Below, one piece after another: positions 19,310 through 28,757 of a DNA stretch of 64,000 nt; position 1 is the first letter of the stretch; every line of letters starts with the position of its first letter. Source of the stretch: a virus. The position numbers were made by a program, and so were the translations under genes. The DNA lies in the IMG/VR virus record IMGVR_UViG_3300030329_005082, positions 1 to 64,000 of that record. One strand, 5' to 3'. The notes beneath the pieces were generated by a model that did no database searches, had not been told where the DNA came from, and was given only the letters and a program-made list of their open reading frames with translations.

Positions 19310-19840
19310 TCACCAAAAATACATCAACGAGAAGTTAGGTATAGGTCGTATACCACCGAACCCTACGCTCTTATTGTGGACCATCAACTGCACCGCTAAA
19401 GGCAACTCAAGCGATACCGCAAAGGACTTCCACCTTCTCTCAAGTCCGACACCCGGACCAAAAGATACAACCATCCCCTCATCAAGTGAGGTGCCTTCCA
19501 AAACTGGTTCCGGACAGCTTTCATCTGGTCGGCACTCTGGGTCTGACCACTGCTCTTCTGTCTGGCGATTATAAAAAGCTGCCAGACCCAAAGACCAATA
19601 AGCCCTGCCCCAACTCGTAGAGTTCAATGTGTGAAAAAGTGTTCCGCCAACAAAAACTGTTGAGTCCAGATCCTCGTCAATGATCGGAAGGAGTGAGACT
19701 TGCCAGCCCCTGCCGTCATCAAACTGTTTGCTGTAACCAAGCCCAACTCCGTAGGTTGATCCCGCAACAAAACCAATTCGCTGCTCATCTGCTGTCGCCA
19801 TCGCAGGCAACAATAAACTAATCATAAATAAATAACGCAT
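19310..19840 (-). CDS. Secreted outer-membrane beta-barrel-like protein
   Basis: Signal peptide (AMATA-D), alternating Gly/aromatic strands, C-terminal FSLMYFW. Confidence 0.6.
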   Translation of the reverse strand: MRYLFMISLLLPAMATADEQRIGFVAGSTYGVGLGYSKQFDDGRGWQVSLLPIIDEDLDSTVFVGGTLFHTLNSTSWGRAYWSLGLAAFYNRQTEEQWSDPECRPDESCPEPVLEGTSLDEGMVVSFGPGVGLERRWKSFAVSLELPLAVQLMVHNKSVGFGGIRPIPNFSLMYFW

Positions 19841-19841
19841 T

Positions 19842-20630
19842 CTAATTCTCCTTCACGTTCAAGATTAGTATTTCCTTAGACTTTTTGTCTGAAGACATAC
19901 CGTAACTCCACTCAGGATATACGATTTCATAATCTTTGTATAGCTCTAATATTTCAGGGTGAGGATTGTATGATATCACCCAGTTGTTTTTCTTTTTGAT
20001 TTCTTCCCCGAATCTTTCATGATCGAAGTCCTTATGCGCCGAACCCCTTTCACCGTATAGAGTAGACTTTTCCAAAAGATATGGTGGGTCAGCGTAGATA
20101 AAAGTTTCATCGTTGTGTCTTCCAAGGCTGTCAGCGAAGTCTGCCTGCTCCACAGTTAGAGCGGGACATGAGAAGTTTCTAAGGCGGTCAATGCTGCTTT
20201 GGGTGAACCGCTTGTCTGCGGCCTGTTGTGAGTATCCGCCGCTCATAGTTGCCCCGCTAAATGATGAGCGGTTGAGAGCATAAAACATGCAGGCTCTCAT
20301 CTCCCTCCAGAACAATAAGCGGTCATCATCTTCAGTGCTGGATTGCTTTTTTTGATACTCCTTGAACATCTCCTTTGTACAGGGATAGAAATAGTTCTCC
20401 AGCATGTTTGCAATATCATGCGGATGTTCCAAGACTTGCTGCCAGAAGTTGACAAGCGGCTCAAAGATATCATAGCCGTGAACTCTCACCCCTTGAGCAG
20501 CGTAATGAATCTCAATAGATCCGCCACCAAAAAAGGGACTGACAATTTCTGTCAGGTTTTTTGGGAAATAAGGTACGATATGTTTTAGTGCTCTAGACTT
20601 GCCGCCTGGGTATCTCAGTAGGGACTTCAC
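19842..20630 (-). CDS. dam: DNA adenine methyltransferase (Dam/D12 class)
   Basis: LRYPGGKS, SPFFGGGS, YADPPY. Confidence 0.92.
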   Translation of the reverse strand: MKSLLRYPGGKSRALKHIVPYFPKNLTEIVSPFFGGGSIEIHYAAQGVRVHGYDIFEPLVNFWQQVLEHPHDIANMLENYFYPCTKEMFKEYQKKQSSTEDDDRLLFWREMRACMFYALNRSSFSGATMSGGYSQQAADKRFTQSSIDRLRNFSCPALTVEQADFADSLGRHNDETFIYADPPYLLEKSTLYGERGSAHKDFDHERFGEEIKKKNNWVISYNPHPEILELYKDYEIVYPEWSYGMSSDKKSKEILILNVKEN

Positions 20631-20645
20631 CCTGCCTCGCTTTCT

Positions 20646-21065
20646 TTATGATAGGATCTCTGCTAGGATGTCATCAATGGCAGGACCGAGTAAAGAGTCT
20701 ACTCTTTCCTTTGCTTCGGAAAGGTGTACGTCTTGCCCGGTGCCAATTCTATTTTGTTTTTCTATCTCCCCCATCAAAGCGGGGGAGTGATGATGAAGGT
20801 CTTCTTCTACATCGGGACAGCCACAGCTATTGACCGCACCATGAACATAATCTTCTACGCTCGTAGCGCAGGAACCATCTAGAAACAAATCGCCAGAAAA
20901 TATATCATGTTCGCGATCTGTCATTGTTTCCCACATATTATAATTGAGATTATTCTTTTCAAGTCTTCTGGATAGTTCTCTGACTTTGTTGGAGAACTCC
21001 ATATTGATGGCGGAGTTGCCAACTAGTATCTGTATTTGTGCGGGTGATAGCTGCAACTGTTCCAT
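20646..21065 (-). CDS. Hypothetical protein
   Basis: 139-aa ORF. Confidence 0.6.
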   Translation of the reverse strand: MEQLQLSPAQIQILVGNSAINMEFSNKVRELSRRLEKNNLNYNMWETMTDREHDIFSGDLFLDGSCATSVEDYVHGAVNSCGCPDVEEDLHHHSPALMGEIEKQNRIGTGQDVHLSEAKERVDSLLGPAIDDILAEILS

Positions 21066-21068
21066 TGA

Positions 21069-21314
21069 TTATAGATTCTCTAGTTCCTGGCGGATCATGT
21101 CGCGGATGGATCCGACAGTTTCGTTACGGGGGGAAGCAGACGGAGCAGTTGCAATATCTTTCATTGCTTCTATTGCTTTGATCGCACCATCTAGATCGCC
21201 TTCTTGGATCATGCGTGCTACCGTTTGGGTTGTGTCACCCTCTTCATTTAAAGTTTCATACTCTTCTTTAATGATTTCTGCTAACCGTGCTTTAGAAATT
21301 GTATATTGAGACAT
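21069..21314 (-). CDS. Small late protein with L-x2-(I/L)-IKEE motif (candidate internal head protein)
   Basis: ISKARLAEIIKEE, SIRDMIRQEL; ACTATTTA upstream. Confidence 0.5.
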   Translation of the reverse strand: MSQYTISKARLAEIIKEEYETLNEEGDTTQTVARMIQEGDLDGAIKAIEAMKDIATAPSASPRNETVGSIRDMIRQELENL

Positions 21315-21346
21315 TATATTTTCTCCCTTGAAAAATGCAACTACCT

Positions 21347-21354
21347 TAAATAGT
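21347..21354 (-). promoter_or_regulatory. Putative late promoter ACTATTTA
   Basis: Intergenic, about 33 nt before ATG 21314; motif recurs before structural genes. Confidence 0.55.
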
Positions 21355-22061
21355 TACCCATTTAGGTGTTTCCTCAAATCTTTCTCGTCAATCAAAGTGT
21401 AAGTGAACCTGGGACCATAGAGCTTGGCTGACTGCCTGCAAAGCTTCATAAAAGCTTTGAAGTCTTCAACCTTTTTAAAGACCTGACAGCCGGCTGACCA
21501 TTTATTAATTGTGTAGGATTCTGTATAGGGGTTGCTTCTGTGGATGTTGATGCCAAAGTATCCCTCGTCTATCATCGTTGTTATGTTTTCATAATCTACA
21601 ACTTCATCTTTGTTGTTGTCGCGCCAGACTTTGACGGGTTTGGACTGGACTAATGCTTCGTAGTTATTTTGATGCTTGCCAAGTTGCCACGTGCCTCGGT
21701 ACTGACCTGGCACCAGCACGGCTGTACCCTTGGGGTTCATTGGGTTTTCCAGCCAGTACTTCCCTGGGTCGGTCGTAATCTGATAGCGGCGGTTCACCAT
21801 TACATCACCTTCACGATACATCACGAGCAGAAAATCATCAAAAGTATTTGTGCCCTGGTTGTCTCGGCGAACGCCAATTATATTAAGGTTCAGCTTTTTA
21901 TCAGGCGTGTCAAAAAACTTATAATCTTTAGCGGCAAAGTACGTCTTAATATTCTCAGGAGTCAGCAACTCCATCAAGAGTTTAGGTTGGCTGGCAATTG
22001 TTGGGGTCGTCTTCTGGGTCCCTAAAACTCTCAGGAGAAGATCTAGTAATTGTTTCAACAA
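21354..22061 (-). CDS. Putative peptidoglycan hydrolase/endolysin with L,D-transpeptidase-like catalytic motif
   Basis: GINIHRSNPY...KWSAGCQVF (H-x15-S-x-G-C); NIIGVR, TTDPG, PGQY. Confidence 0.65.
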   Translation of the reverse strand: MLKQLLDLLLRVLGTQKTTPTIASQPKLLMELLTPENIKTYFAAKDYKFFDTPDKKLNLNIIGVRRDNQGTNTFDDFLLVMYREGDVMVNRRYQITTDPGKYWLENPMNPKGTAVLVPGQYRGTWQLGKHQNNYEALVQSKPVKVWRDNNKDEVVDYENITTMIDEGYFGINIHRSNPYTESYTINKWSAGCQVFKKVEDFKAFMKLCRQSAKLYGPRFTYTLIDEKDLRKHLNG

Positions 22062-22323
22062 CTTTATCTACCTCCTCACCAGCTTTCATTCTATAAAGAA
22101 GTTTATCACCATCCTCAGAAAACTTTAAGTCAGCAAGACCGAGCTTGTAATATGATAGCATCGTTAAATAGGTAGCTATATTAAAATCCTTATTTGCTGT
22201 TGCACATTCTCTTATCCATGCGACAACTCGCGCAGCGAAGAAAGCCTTCTCTGCGTCAATCAAGTTATCTTTTATGGCAACAAATCCATCTTGCTTGAGG
22301 ATTCTTACAATATTAAAGCTCAC
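21982..22323 (-). CDS. Hypothetical protein
   Basis: GTG start overlapping upstream stop (CAGTGA). Confidence 0.55.
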   Translation of the reverse strand: MSFNIVRILKQDGFVAIKDNLIDAEKAFFAARVVAWIRECATANKDFNIATYLTMLSYYKLGLADLKFSEDGDKLLYRMKAGEEVDKVVETITRSSPESFRDPEDDPNNCQPT

Positions 22324-22460
22324 TGCCCTTGCTTTTCGCTCAAGGTGTCCTTGTCTTTGGTCTCGGGAGATTCCAGAAGCCACTGCTTCTTTTGTTCCTT
22401 AATAGAAGAAACGACCTCCTTGATCAGATCTAGAAGGTCGTTCTTAGAGAAACGATGCAT
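22320..22460 (-). CDS. 46-aa late protein with DLIKEV motif (not in track)
   Basis: MHRFSKNDLLDLIKEVVSSIKEQKKQWLLES... Confidence 0.5.
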   Translation of the reverse strand: MHRFSKNDLLDLIKEVVSSIKEQKKQWLLESPETKDKDTLSEKQGQ

Positions 22461-22474
22461 CGCTTTGGTTTCTC

Positions 22475-23017
22475 TTACTTCTTGAGAATACGTGAGAGAA
22501 CGCGCTGAAGTACTGCCTCGGTGAGAGCGTCGTCGTCAACTAGGTCAACGTCAAGTGCTTCTTCGGCTTCTTTGTCATCGCGATTATAAACCTTGTCGGC
22601 GCGCATTGCAGCTTCAAGATCATCTTCGGCGTCTTCAAGGTCGCCTTCGGCAGCAGCCATGTCATCAAGAGCATCAGCTTCTGCGCCGAGTTCCTCAGCG
22701 GCTTCGCCTTCAGAAGATACGCTCACATCAGCACCGGCTGCATCAGCAATCATCTGAACGAGGTCTACGAGATCCTCTTCGGAGATGTCAAGTGTTGGCT
22801 CAGCTTCTACTTCCACCTCGGCTTCCATGTCTACCATGTCTTCTTCGGCAGGCATGTCGTCCATTGGCACTTCAACTTCTACCTCTTCTTCTGCTTCCAG
22901 TTCTTCTTCTTCGGTAACAGTATCAAGAAAACTCTCGGTAAGAGTAGAGAGGTTTGCTAGCTTGCCCCAGCGACGCACAACGCCTTCATTGAGGAGGTTG
23001 TTATTCTTCTTAGTCAT
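22475..23017 (-). CDS. Highly acidic scaffold/prohead-core-like protein
   Basis: LLNEGVVRRWGKLANL, long E/D/A-rich region, LTEAVLQRVLSRIL; CCTATTTA upstream. Confidence 0.55.
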   Translation of the reverse strand: MTKKNNNLLNEGVVRRWGKLANLSTLTESFLDTVTEEEELEAEEEVEVEVPMDDMPAEEDMVDMEAEVEVEAEPTLDISEEDLVDLVQMIADAAGADVSVSSEGEAAEELGAEADALDDMAAAEGDLEDAEDDLEAAMRADKVYNRDDKEAEEALDVDLVDDDALTEAVLQRVLSRILKK

Positions 23018-23094
23018 TATTGTAATTCTCCTAGAATATTTTGCCACCAAAGGCAATCAACATTAAATAGGTCCGGATTATATTAAAAACCCTA

Positions 23095-23424
23095 TTATTG
23101 GTCAAAATCTTCTAAAACACCCATTTCCTTCAGTTTTCCAAAAGCAGCGTGTTCAATTTGACTAATCCTGGGGAAACTAACATTCATTCGTTCTGCCACT
23201 TCTCGCAGGCTAAGCCCACCGTCATATTTGCGGGCACACACTACAGCGCAGTTAAGGTCTTCTTCAAAATCAATCCAGTTTCTACAGTCAGTCTTGTCAC
23301 ACTCAACACACCACTTTTCATGCACTTCAAAGCACGTGGGGTCGGGACTATACTGAGTCTCTAGGTCCGTTGGCTTACGGGTATTGTCTTCTTGTTGGGT
23401 CTTGGGGTCTTTGCGATAAAACAT
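23095..23424 (-). CDS. Stand-alone sigma70 region-4 HTH protein with Cys-rich N-terminus
   Basis: LSLREVAERMNVSFPRISQIEHAAFGKLK matches region 4.2; six Cys upstream. Confidence 0.75.
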   Translation of the reverse strand: MFYRKDPKTQQEDNTRKPTDLETQYSPDPTCFEVHEKWCVECDKTDCRNWIDFEEDLNCAVVCARKYDGGLSLREVAERMNVSFPRISQIEHAAFGKLKEMGVLEDFDQ

Positions 23425-24464
23425 TATTTCTGCGTTCCGTTCTGAGAAAAGATGTGTGTGTTACTTTCGTGGGTTCCGGCGGATGTTTGCCGGGACCATT
23501 CTACCTTTTGGCGTAATTCTGTCAAGTCGCGAGCGCCTGAATATGAAAGCCCGCTGCGGATGCCTCCCTCTAAGTCTTGCAGGATCGGGAGCACGTCGCC
23601 CTTGAAAGGAATGTAAGAAGAAACTCCTTCGGGAGTAGATGACTTGTTGCGCCAATCTAGTTGAGCATCTTTTGATGCCATGCCTCGGTATTCTTTTACT
23701 CTGGTATTGTCAGGCAGACTCAAGACCTTACCTGGGCTTTGGGTGGTGCCGGCTAAGAGCGAGCCACACATCACAAAGTCTGCTCCGGCAGCTAAGGCTT
23801 TGACGATATCTCCGGAGGTTTTGATTCCTCCGTCTGCGATGATGGCAACGTCTCGGTCTGTTCTGGCGCAGTCAAAGATTGTTTGTAGACCCGGTAAACC
23901 GTGTCCCGTAACCAAACGAGTACTGCAAATGGAACCCCCACCAATATTACAGCGTACAGCGTTAGCTCCCCAATCAGCAAGATCATTGATACCTTCCAGA
24001 GTGCAGACGTTGCCTGCCATAATATAAATGTGGTTTCCGTACTCTTTCCGCAAAGTGGTAAGAGCTTTTTTCATCAGGATGTGATGACCGTGGGCAACGT
24101 CTACACACAGGATATCAATCCCCGTAGCGATGAGGGCTTCTGCTCGCTCTAGATAATCGCCGGTTACGCCGATGGCTGCGGCAACTTGACCAGACCAGTC
24201 CGTCTGGCTGACTACCTCGTGAGCCATCTTTTGCTGTTCAGTAATTGTATTATACCGATGGAGAACTGCCAAGCCGCCGGCTCTATCCATAGCTAAAGCC
24301 ATCTGGGCTTCCGATACAGTGTCCATCGGCGAGGCAATCACAGGGAGAGTGAACTCTCGGTGACCCAGGTTGCTGCTGATATCAACCTCGCTCCTGCTCG
24401 TGATGTCGCTGTACTGCGGCACGATGAGCATGTCATCATAGGTGACTGCTTCTTTAAACTTCAT
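23424..24464 (-). CDS. guaB: IMP dehydrogenase/GMP reductase family (no CBS domains)
   Basis: ASPMDTV, VDVAHGH, IGGGSICSTR (catalytic Cys), IADGGI, YRGMAS, EGVS. Confidence 0.9.
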   Translation of the reverse strand: MKFKEAVTYDDMLIVPQYSDITSRSEVDISSNLGHREFTLPVIASPMDTVSEAQMALAMDRAGGLAVLHRYNTITEQQKMAHEVVSQTDWSGQVAAAIGVTGDYLERAEALIATGIDILCVDVAHGHHILMKKALTTLRKEYGNHIYIMAGNVCTLEGINDLADWGANAVRCNIGGGSICSTRLVTGHGLPGLQTIFDCARTDRDVAIIADGGIKTSGDIVKALAAGADFVMCGSLLAGTTQSPGKVLSLPDNTRVKEYRGMASKDAQLDWRNKSSTPEGVSSYIPFKGDVLPILQDLEGGIRSGLSYSGARDLTELRQKVEWSRQTSAGTHESNTHIFSQNGTQK

Positions 24465-24735
24465 TATTATTCTCCACCAATTTCTTGGCCTTCTCTTGAC
24501 AGTCCGGACAAAATAACCGGACTAATTGCTTTTCGTTCCTTACTACCACTCGCCACGTCATGTGGGCTTCCTTAGTCTTTGGGAAATCTTGCTGGCAGAC
24601 AGAGCAACTATCTGGCATACGCTGAAACATATTCATCTGCTTAGACATGCGGTTGGCTTGATCCTCTGCCAGCTTCTTTTCCTTCTTCTTTTTTGAGAGC
24701 CGCTTGAGCTTCTTTCGGTGCTTCTTATCCGTCAC
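24454..24735 (-). CDS. Zn-ribbon hypothetical protein
   Basis: CSVC...CPDC, basic N-terminus. Confidence 0.65.
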   Translation of the reverse strand: MTDKKHRKKLKRLSKKKKEKKLAEDQANRMSKQMNMFQRMPDSCSVCQQDFPKTKEAHMTWRVVVRNEKQLVRLFCPDCQEKAKKLVENNNEV

Positions 24736-24901
24736 TGTTGTTCTCTTCCGAAATGGTTCTAAGCTTTCTGAGTGTTCTCTTGCTGAGTTCTAGACCTGCC
24801 GGAACCTTGATGGTGTTTTCGTGAGAGTGTTTTGATTCATAGTAGCACTTCTTGGCATACCACCCCAGAATCTCTAGGTACTCTTCCTTTGTGAGGGACA
24901 T
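24725..24901 (-). CDS. Small hypothetical protein
   Basis: Likely start MSLTKEEY. Confidence 0.5.
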   Translation of the reverse strand: MSLTKEEYLEILGWYAKKCYYESKHSHENTIKVPAGLELSKRTLRKLRTISEENNSDG

Positions 24902-24918
24902 GTGCCTGAGCCTTTCTT

Positions 24919-25089
24919 TTATTCTTGTTCGCCGAGTCCGAGCATATCCTTTTCTCGTTCGGCGGTTGTTGAACCGTCTTGCCAATAGACAGTCCACCAC
25001 TGTTCTCCTTTCCGTTTGAAAGGTCCGATAGTGCGTCCCTCCAAGCCAGTTTTGTCATCTTTGACGGTTGTGTTAAGCGACAGTTTCAT
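24919..25089 (-). CDS. Small SH3-like protein
   Basis: TTVKDDKTGLEGRTIG...WTVYWQDG. Confidence 0.5.
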   Translation of the reverse strand: MKLSLNTTVKDDKTGLEGRTIGPFKRKGEQWWTVYWQDGSTTAEREKDMLGLGEQE

Positions 25090-25609
25090 TAGGTTCTCCA
25101 ATCACCTCAAAAGGTTCGTCACGATAATCATACACCCAAGATGGGATTTTGTCTACTGGATAACGCAAGCGTGGCTTGGAAGCATAGAACTTGCGGTAAG
25201 ATACGATGGGGTTGTCCGACCGAAACTCGTCGGGCATTGCCAGCCGGAGCGGCGTACACTCAACGGTTGGAAAGTTATCGGCATTAAACAAAGAGACGAT
25301 CTTCTGAAGGACGGTAGCACACTTGTGAGTCTTGCCGAAGCGTTCTCGGTACTCGCAGATCATAGCCTCGCAGTGTAATGCGAGGTTCATAAAGTTGGCT
25401 GCGGACTCAGCAGCCCACAAGCACGACGGGTGCTTGGGGTTGAACGAGCGATAAGGAGCATCAAGCCCCTGCTCGTTGAGTACGGTAGATAGAATCTGAC
25501 AAGACTCCAAGATCATCTTGACAACACGCAGGTTGTCTTGGGATTGGGCTGACTTGACCCAATCAATCTCGCCGGTCTCTACGTTGCCCTCAATGGCAAA
25601 AATATTCAT
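25073..25609 (-). CDS. Pyrimidine-dimer DNA glycosylase (DenV/PDG-like) family protein
   Basis: MNIF, VVKMILESCQILST, HPSCLWA, EYRERFGKTH, LAMPDEF, YRKFY; real start 25609 (ATGA overlap). Confidence 0.8.
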   Translation of the reverse strand: MNIFAIEGNVETGEIDWVKSAQSQDNLRVVKMILESCQILSTVLNEQGLDAPYRSFNPKHPSCLWAAESAANFMNLALHCEAMICEYRERFGKTHKCATVLQKIVSLFNADNFPTVECTPLRLAMPDEFRSDNPIVSYRKFYASKPRLRYPVDKIPSWVYDYRDEPFEVIGEPNETVA

Positions 25610-25830
25610 GAACCCTCCGCTAATCTTAATGCTGATTGGGGAATATATTCTTCTTCTAGCCGGAGGCTTCCGGCACCACACCACTGGACCAGTATAAAAA
25701 TTGGGTCGCTGCGACGGCGGGCCAATCGTGTAGACTTGACCAGTCCAACAAAAGGCGGCGATGCGGCTGGTGTCCGGTATCTTACCAGTTGTCCTGGCTT
25801 GAACTTGGGTGTGGCAGCAGAGATACTCAT
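25606..25830 (-). CDS. Small KOW/SH3-like protein
   Basis: FKPGQLVRYR...VGLV...VQWC. Confidence 0.6.
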   Translation of the reverse strand: MSISAATPKFKPGQLVRYRTPAASPPFVGLVKSTRLARRRSDPIFILVQWCGAGSLRLEEEYIPQSALRLAEGS

Positions 25831-25851
25831 ACAAACCCTTTCTACATTATT

Positions 25852-25879
25852 AGAATAGCAGGTTATCAGGAAGTGTCAA
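25852..25879 (-). promoter_or_regulatory. sigma70-type early promoter TTGACA-N16-TATTCT
   Basis: TTGACACTTCCTGATAACCTGCTATTCTAAT. Confidence 0.8.
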
Positions 25880-25887
25880 GTCTTTTA

Positions 25888-27714
25888 CTAAAATGATTCT
25901 AAATCTAACACAGAGAACAAATCATCCAGTTCAGATGCCATTACTGTATCATGTTCCATCAAAGCATTTGTGAGAAGAGCTATGTGTTCTCGTTTTTCTT
26001 CCAGCAATTTTTCAGCGGACTCAAGGGATGCCTGAATGATTTCGCGAACTGATCTATCAAACTGCTCTTTAAAGAACTCCGAGGTCTCACTGGCTCTGGG
26101 TGCATATGGGCTTTCTGCCTGCTGTCCAAAATATAAAGGACCAAGAGCGCCCATGCCATAATTCTTCACCATCTGTTCGGCGAGTTGTTTGGCGCGCATC
26201 AGATCATTAGAGACACCCGTGGACGTGCCCTCTATCCCAAAGAACATTTTCTCAGCAATGTATCCGCCCAGGAGAACTTGAATTCGTGCTGAGTTTTCTT
26301 TCTTGCTCCATGAGTAGCGGTCGTCATCTGGCATTTGTACCGTAAGTCCCAGAGCCTGACCGTGCGGAATGATCGTTACCTTGTGAAGAGGGTCAGTGTC
26401 CTCTAGGTAATATGCCAATACAGCGTGCCCTGCCTCGTGGACAGCGGTAGCATGGCGGGAAGATTCGGACAGCTTCATAGATTTTCTAGGCTTGCCCATG
26501 ATTACTTTGTCTTTTGCATCTTCAAAGTGATTATTATTTATCGTGTCTGATCGGTCCATGGCTGCGATGATACAAGCCTCGTTGACTAGGTTGGATAAGT
26601 CAGCACCTGACAACCCTGGGGTTGTGGCTGCGAGCACCTCCAAATCTACATCATCGCCAAGAGGTGCAGTATCCGTGTGAATCTTAAGGATCTGAAGTCT
26701 TCCGTTAGAGTCGGGAAGAGGAACGGACACCTTGCGATCAAAACGACCAGGGCGGGTGAGAGCCTTGTCTAGTGTGTCTATGCGGTTGGTGGCAGCTAAA
26801 ACAATAATGCCCGAGTTCTCTTGGAACCCATCTAACTCTACTAGTATTTGGTTTAATGTTTGTTCTCTTTCGTCATTACCGTTGCCGGCACCGCCAGCAC
26901 GACGCTTGCCGATTGCATCAAGCTCATCTATGAAAACCACACAAGGAGCCATTTGTTTTGCCCTGTCAAAAAGGTCACGAACCCTGCTAGCACCCACGCC
27001 AACATACATCTCAACAAACTCAGATCCGGATGTCACAATAAAAGGGACCCCTGCCTCGCCAGCCATGGCTTTTGCCAGCAGAGTCTTGCCGGTGCCTGGC
27101 GGGCCATGAAGAAGAACGCCCTTTGGCAGCTTACTGCCGAGGCGCACAAACCGCATGGGATCCCTCAAGAATTCTACAAGCTCAGAGAGTTCTGTCTTCG
27201 CTTCGTCGCAGCCAGCCACATCTTCAAACCGGGCACCACCTTCGCTCGGAAGAATTACCCTGGCTTTGTTGCGGGTAAAGGTTGTCATCTGTCCGGGTCC
27301 TGCTCGGCTGAGTACGGATTTTATAACATAGAATACCACCAAAAAGATAATGATCATCGGCAGCCAAGAAACAATAATGGTTACCAACAAAGAAGGTTTC
27401 TCTTCCTTTAAAAATATAAGTTCAATGTTCTTACTTTTTGACAGATCCCTTAAAACATCTTCAGCTAAAGGAGCGACTGTCTTATATCGCTGCTCATCTA
27501 TGGTAATCGTCCATGTGTTTTCTTGAATTTTTATTTCAATATCTTTTTGCCTTTGGTCTGCATCCTTTAAAAGCTGCAAGGTTTTACTATAAGACAATGA
27601 AGTTACAGGAGAACGAGAAGGTCCAGGGGAGCTAGTCCACATGAGCATCAAGAATATGGCAGCAAACACACCCATCCAGATGTAAAGATTCCTATGCCAT
27701 CTTCCAGAACCCAT
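25888..27714 (-). CDS. ftsH: ATP-dependent zinc metalloprotease FtsH
   Basis: Two TM helices, [44 protein letters not shown]. Confidence 0.97.
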   Translation of the reverse strand: MGSGRWHRNLYIWMGVFAAIFLMLMWTSSPGPSRSPVTSLSYSKTLQLLKDADQRQKDIEIKIQENTWTITIDEQRYKTVAPLAEDVLRDLSKSKNIELIFLKEEKPSLLVTIIVSWLPMIIIFLVVFYVIKSVLSRAGPGQMTTFTRNKARVILPSEGGARFEDVAGCDEAKTELSELVEFLRDPMRFVRLGSKLPKGVLLHGPPGTGKTLLAKAMAGEAGVPFIVTSGSEFVEMYVGVGASRVRDLFDRAKQMAPCVVFIDELDAIGKRRAGGAGNGNDEREQTLNQILVELDGFQENSGIIVLAATNRIDTLDKALTRPGRFDRKVSVPLPDSNGRLQILKIHTDTAPLGDDVDLEVLAATTPGLSGADLSNLVNEACIIAAMDRSDTINNNHFEDAKDKVIMGKPRKSMKLSESSRHATAVHEAGHAVLAYYLEDTDPLHKVTIIPHGQALGLTVQMPDDDRYSWSKKENSARIQVLLGGYIAEKMFFGIEGTSTGVSNDLMRAKQLAEQMVKNYGMGALGPLYFGQQAESPYAPRASETSEFFKEQFDRSVREIIQASLESAEKLLEEKREHIALLTNALMEHDTVMASELDDLFSVLDLESF

Positions 27715-27780
27715 ACCCTTGGTCCTCCGTTACCCTTCTAAAATATTTAGTTCCGACAGATGACTTATGGGACAGCTTTT

Positions 27781-27996
27781 TTATTCTGAACTTCTGGCAA
27801 CAAGGGTGAGGAGACTCTCGTCTAAGATATTTTTATTGTATATGCGCGGAGGCAAGCCACACCACTCAACATGAATCTGTGGAGACTCCCCGCGACGGCG
27901 AGCAATAGTTGTTTTCACAACGAGAGCCAAGAAGGGATAGTCCGAATATTTCAACTCAACTAAGTCACCTGGCTTAAGCTTGGGCATGATAGCCAT
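27781..27996 (-). CDS. Small KOW/SH3-like protein
   Basis: LKPGDLVELK...LALVV...VEWC. Confidence 0.6.
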   Translation of the reverse strand: MAIMPKLKPGDLVELKYSDYPFLALVVKTTIARRRGESPQIHVEWCGLPPRIYNKNILDESLLTLVARSSE

Positions 27997-28238
27997 CAGG
28001 GTTCGCTCACGATATCCCAGCAGTTATGAGCGTTGACAAGCAATTCTTCAAATCGCTCGCCGGTTTCAAGAATCTGCATCTTGACGTAGCGGCGGGGAGG
28101 ATAGCCATTGCTCGGCTTTGTCCCAGCATAGGCTCTAGCAAGAACCAAAGCTAGCTGACCGTAGCGGGCACTATGACGGGCTCGCAAAATAGTTCCGGGC
28201 TGCTGCACTTTCCACATCTTATCCTGGCTATCTAGCAT
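27996..28238 (-). CDS. Small KOW/SH3-like protein
   Basis: QQPGTILRAR...LALVL. Confidence 0.5.
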   Translation of the reverse strand: MLDSQDKMWKVQQPGTILRARHSARYGQLALVLARAYAGTKPSNGYPPRRYVKMQILETGERFEELLVNAHNCWDIVSEP

Positions 28239-28452
28239 GACTGACCACCTCCCAATTAGCTGCCACAAAAAGAACTCGGTGTCCGCTGGGAAATACCGCA
28301 TCCCACAGAAAGCTTTGACCGCACCGAACTTGCTTGGGTGCGAGGACAGCATACTCGCCATGTTGTTTGACGGCTTTGTTTTTCCGACAGTGCTCAACAA
28401 CACGAAGCAGTGTGCCGGGCTTTAAATCTTTGTGCTCAGTATCCCTATGCAC
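28228..28452 (-). CDS. Small KOW/SH3-like protein
   Basis: LKPGTLLRVV...YAVL. Confidence 0.5.
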   Translation of the reverse strand: MHRDTEHKDLKPGTLLRVVEHCRKNKAVKQHGEYAVLAPKQVRCGQSFLWDAVFPSGHRVLFVAANWEVVSHAR

Positions 28453-28681
28453 TGATCTTCTCCAGAAAATATGCCGCTTCCCATACTGGCTCTTCATTAT
28501 CAAAAGATACTAGACAGGCATCTTCATCCATTGTGAATGTCGTGTAGTCCATATTCTTTTTTCCTGTTCCCAACACAACGCCAAGCCGATCTTTGCCGGC
28601 GATTACATATCGCCTAACGATATCACCGACCTTGAAATGGTGATCCGAAAGATACTCAACGCGGCGATGATGGATCTTCAC
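28445..28681 (-). CDS. Small KOW/SH3-like protein
   Basis: FKVGDIVRR...LGVVL...LVSF. Confidence 0.6.
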   Translation of the reverse strand: MKIHHRRVEYLSDHHFKVGDIVRRYVIAGKDRLGVVLGTGKKNMDYTTFTMDEDACLVSFDNEEPVWEAAYFLEKISA

Positions 28682-28757
28682 CGGATGCGCCCCCAGAACC
28701 AGAGGATGTAGCCGCCGATGATGGTGCCGTAAAAGATGCCGCCAATTAGTTCACTCA

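Noticed and set aside
25610-25834. N-terminal 75 aa of the 253-aa track ORF
   Set aside because: It overlaps the real 25606..25830 gene in another frame. The family-typical MNIF start with ATGA coupling is at 25609.
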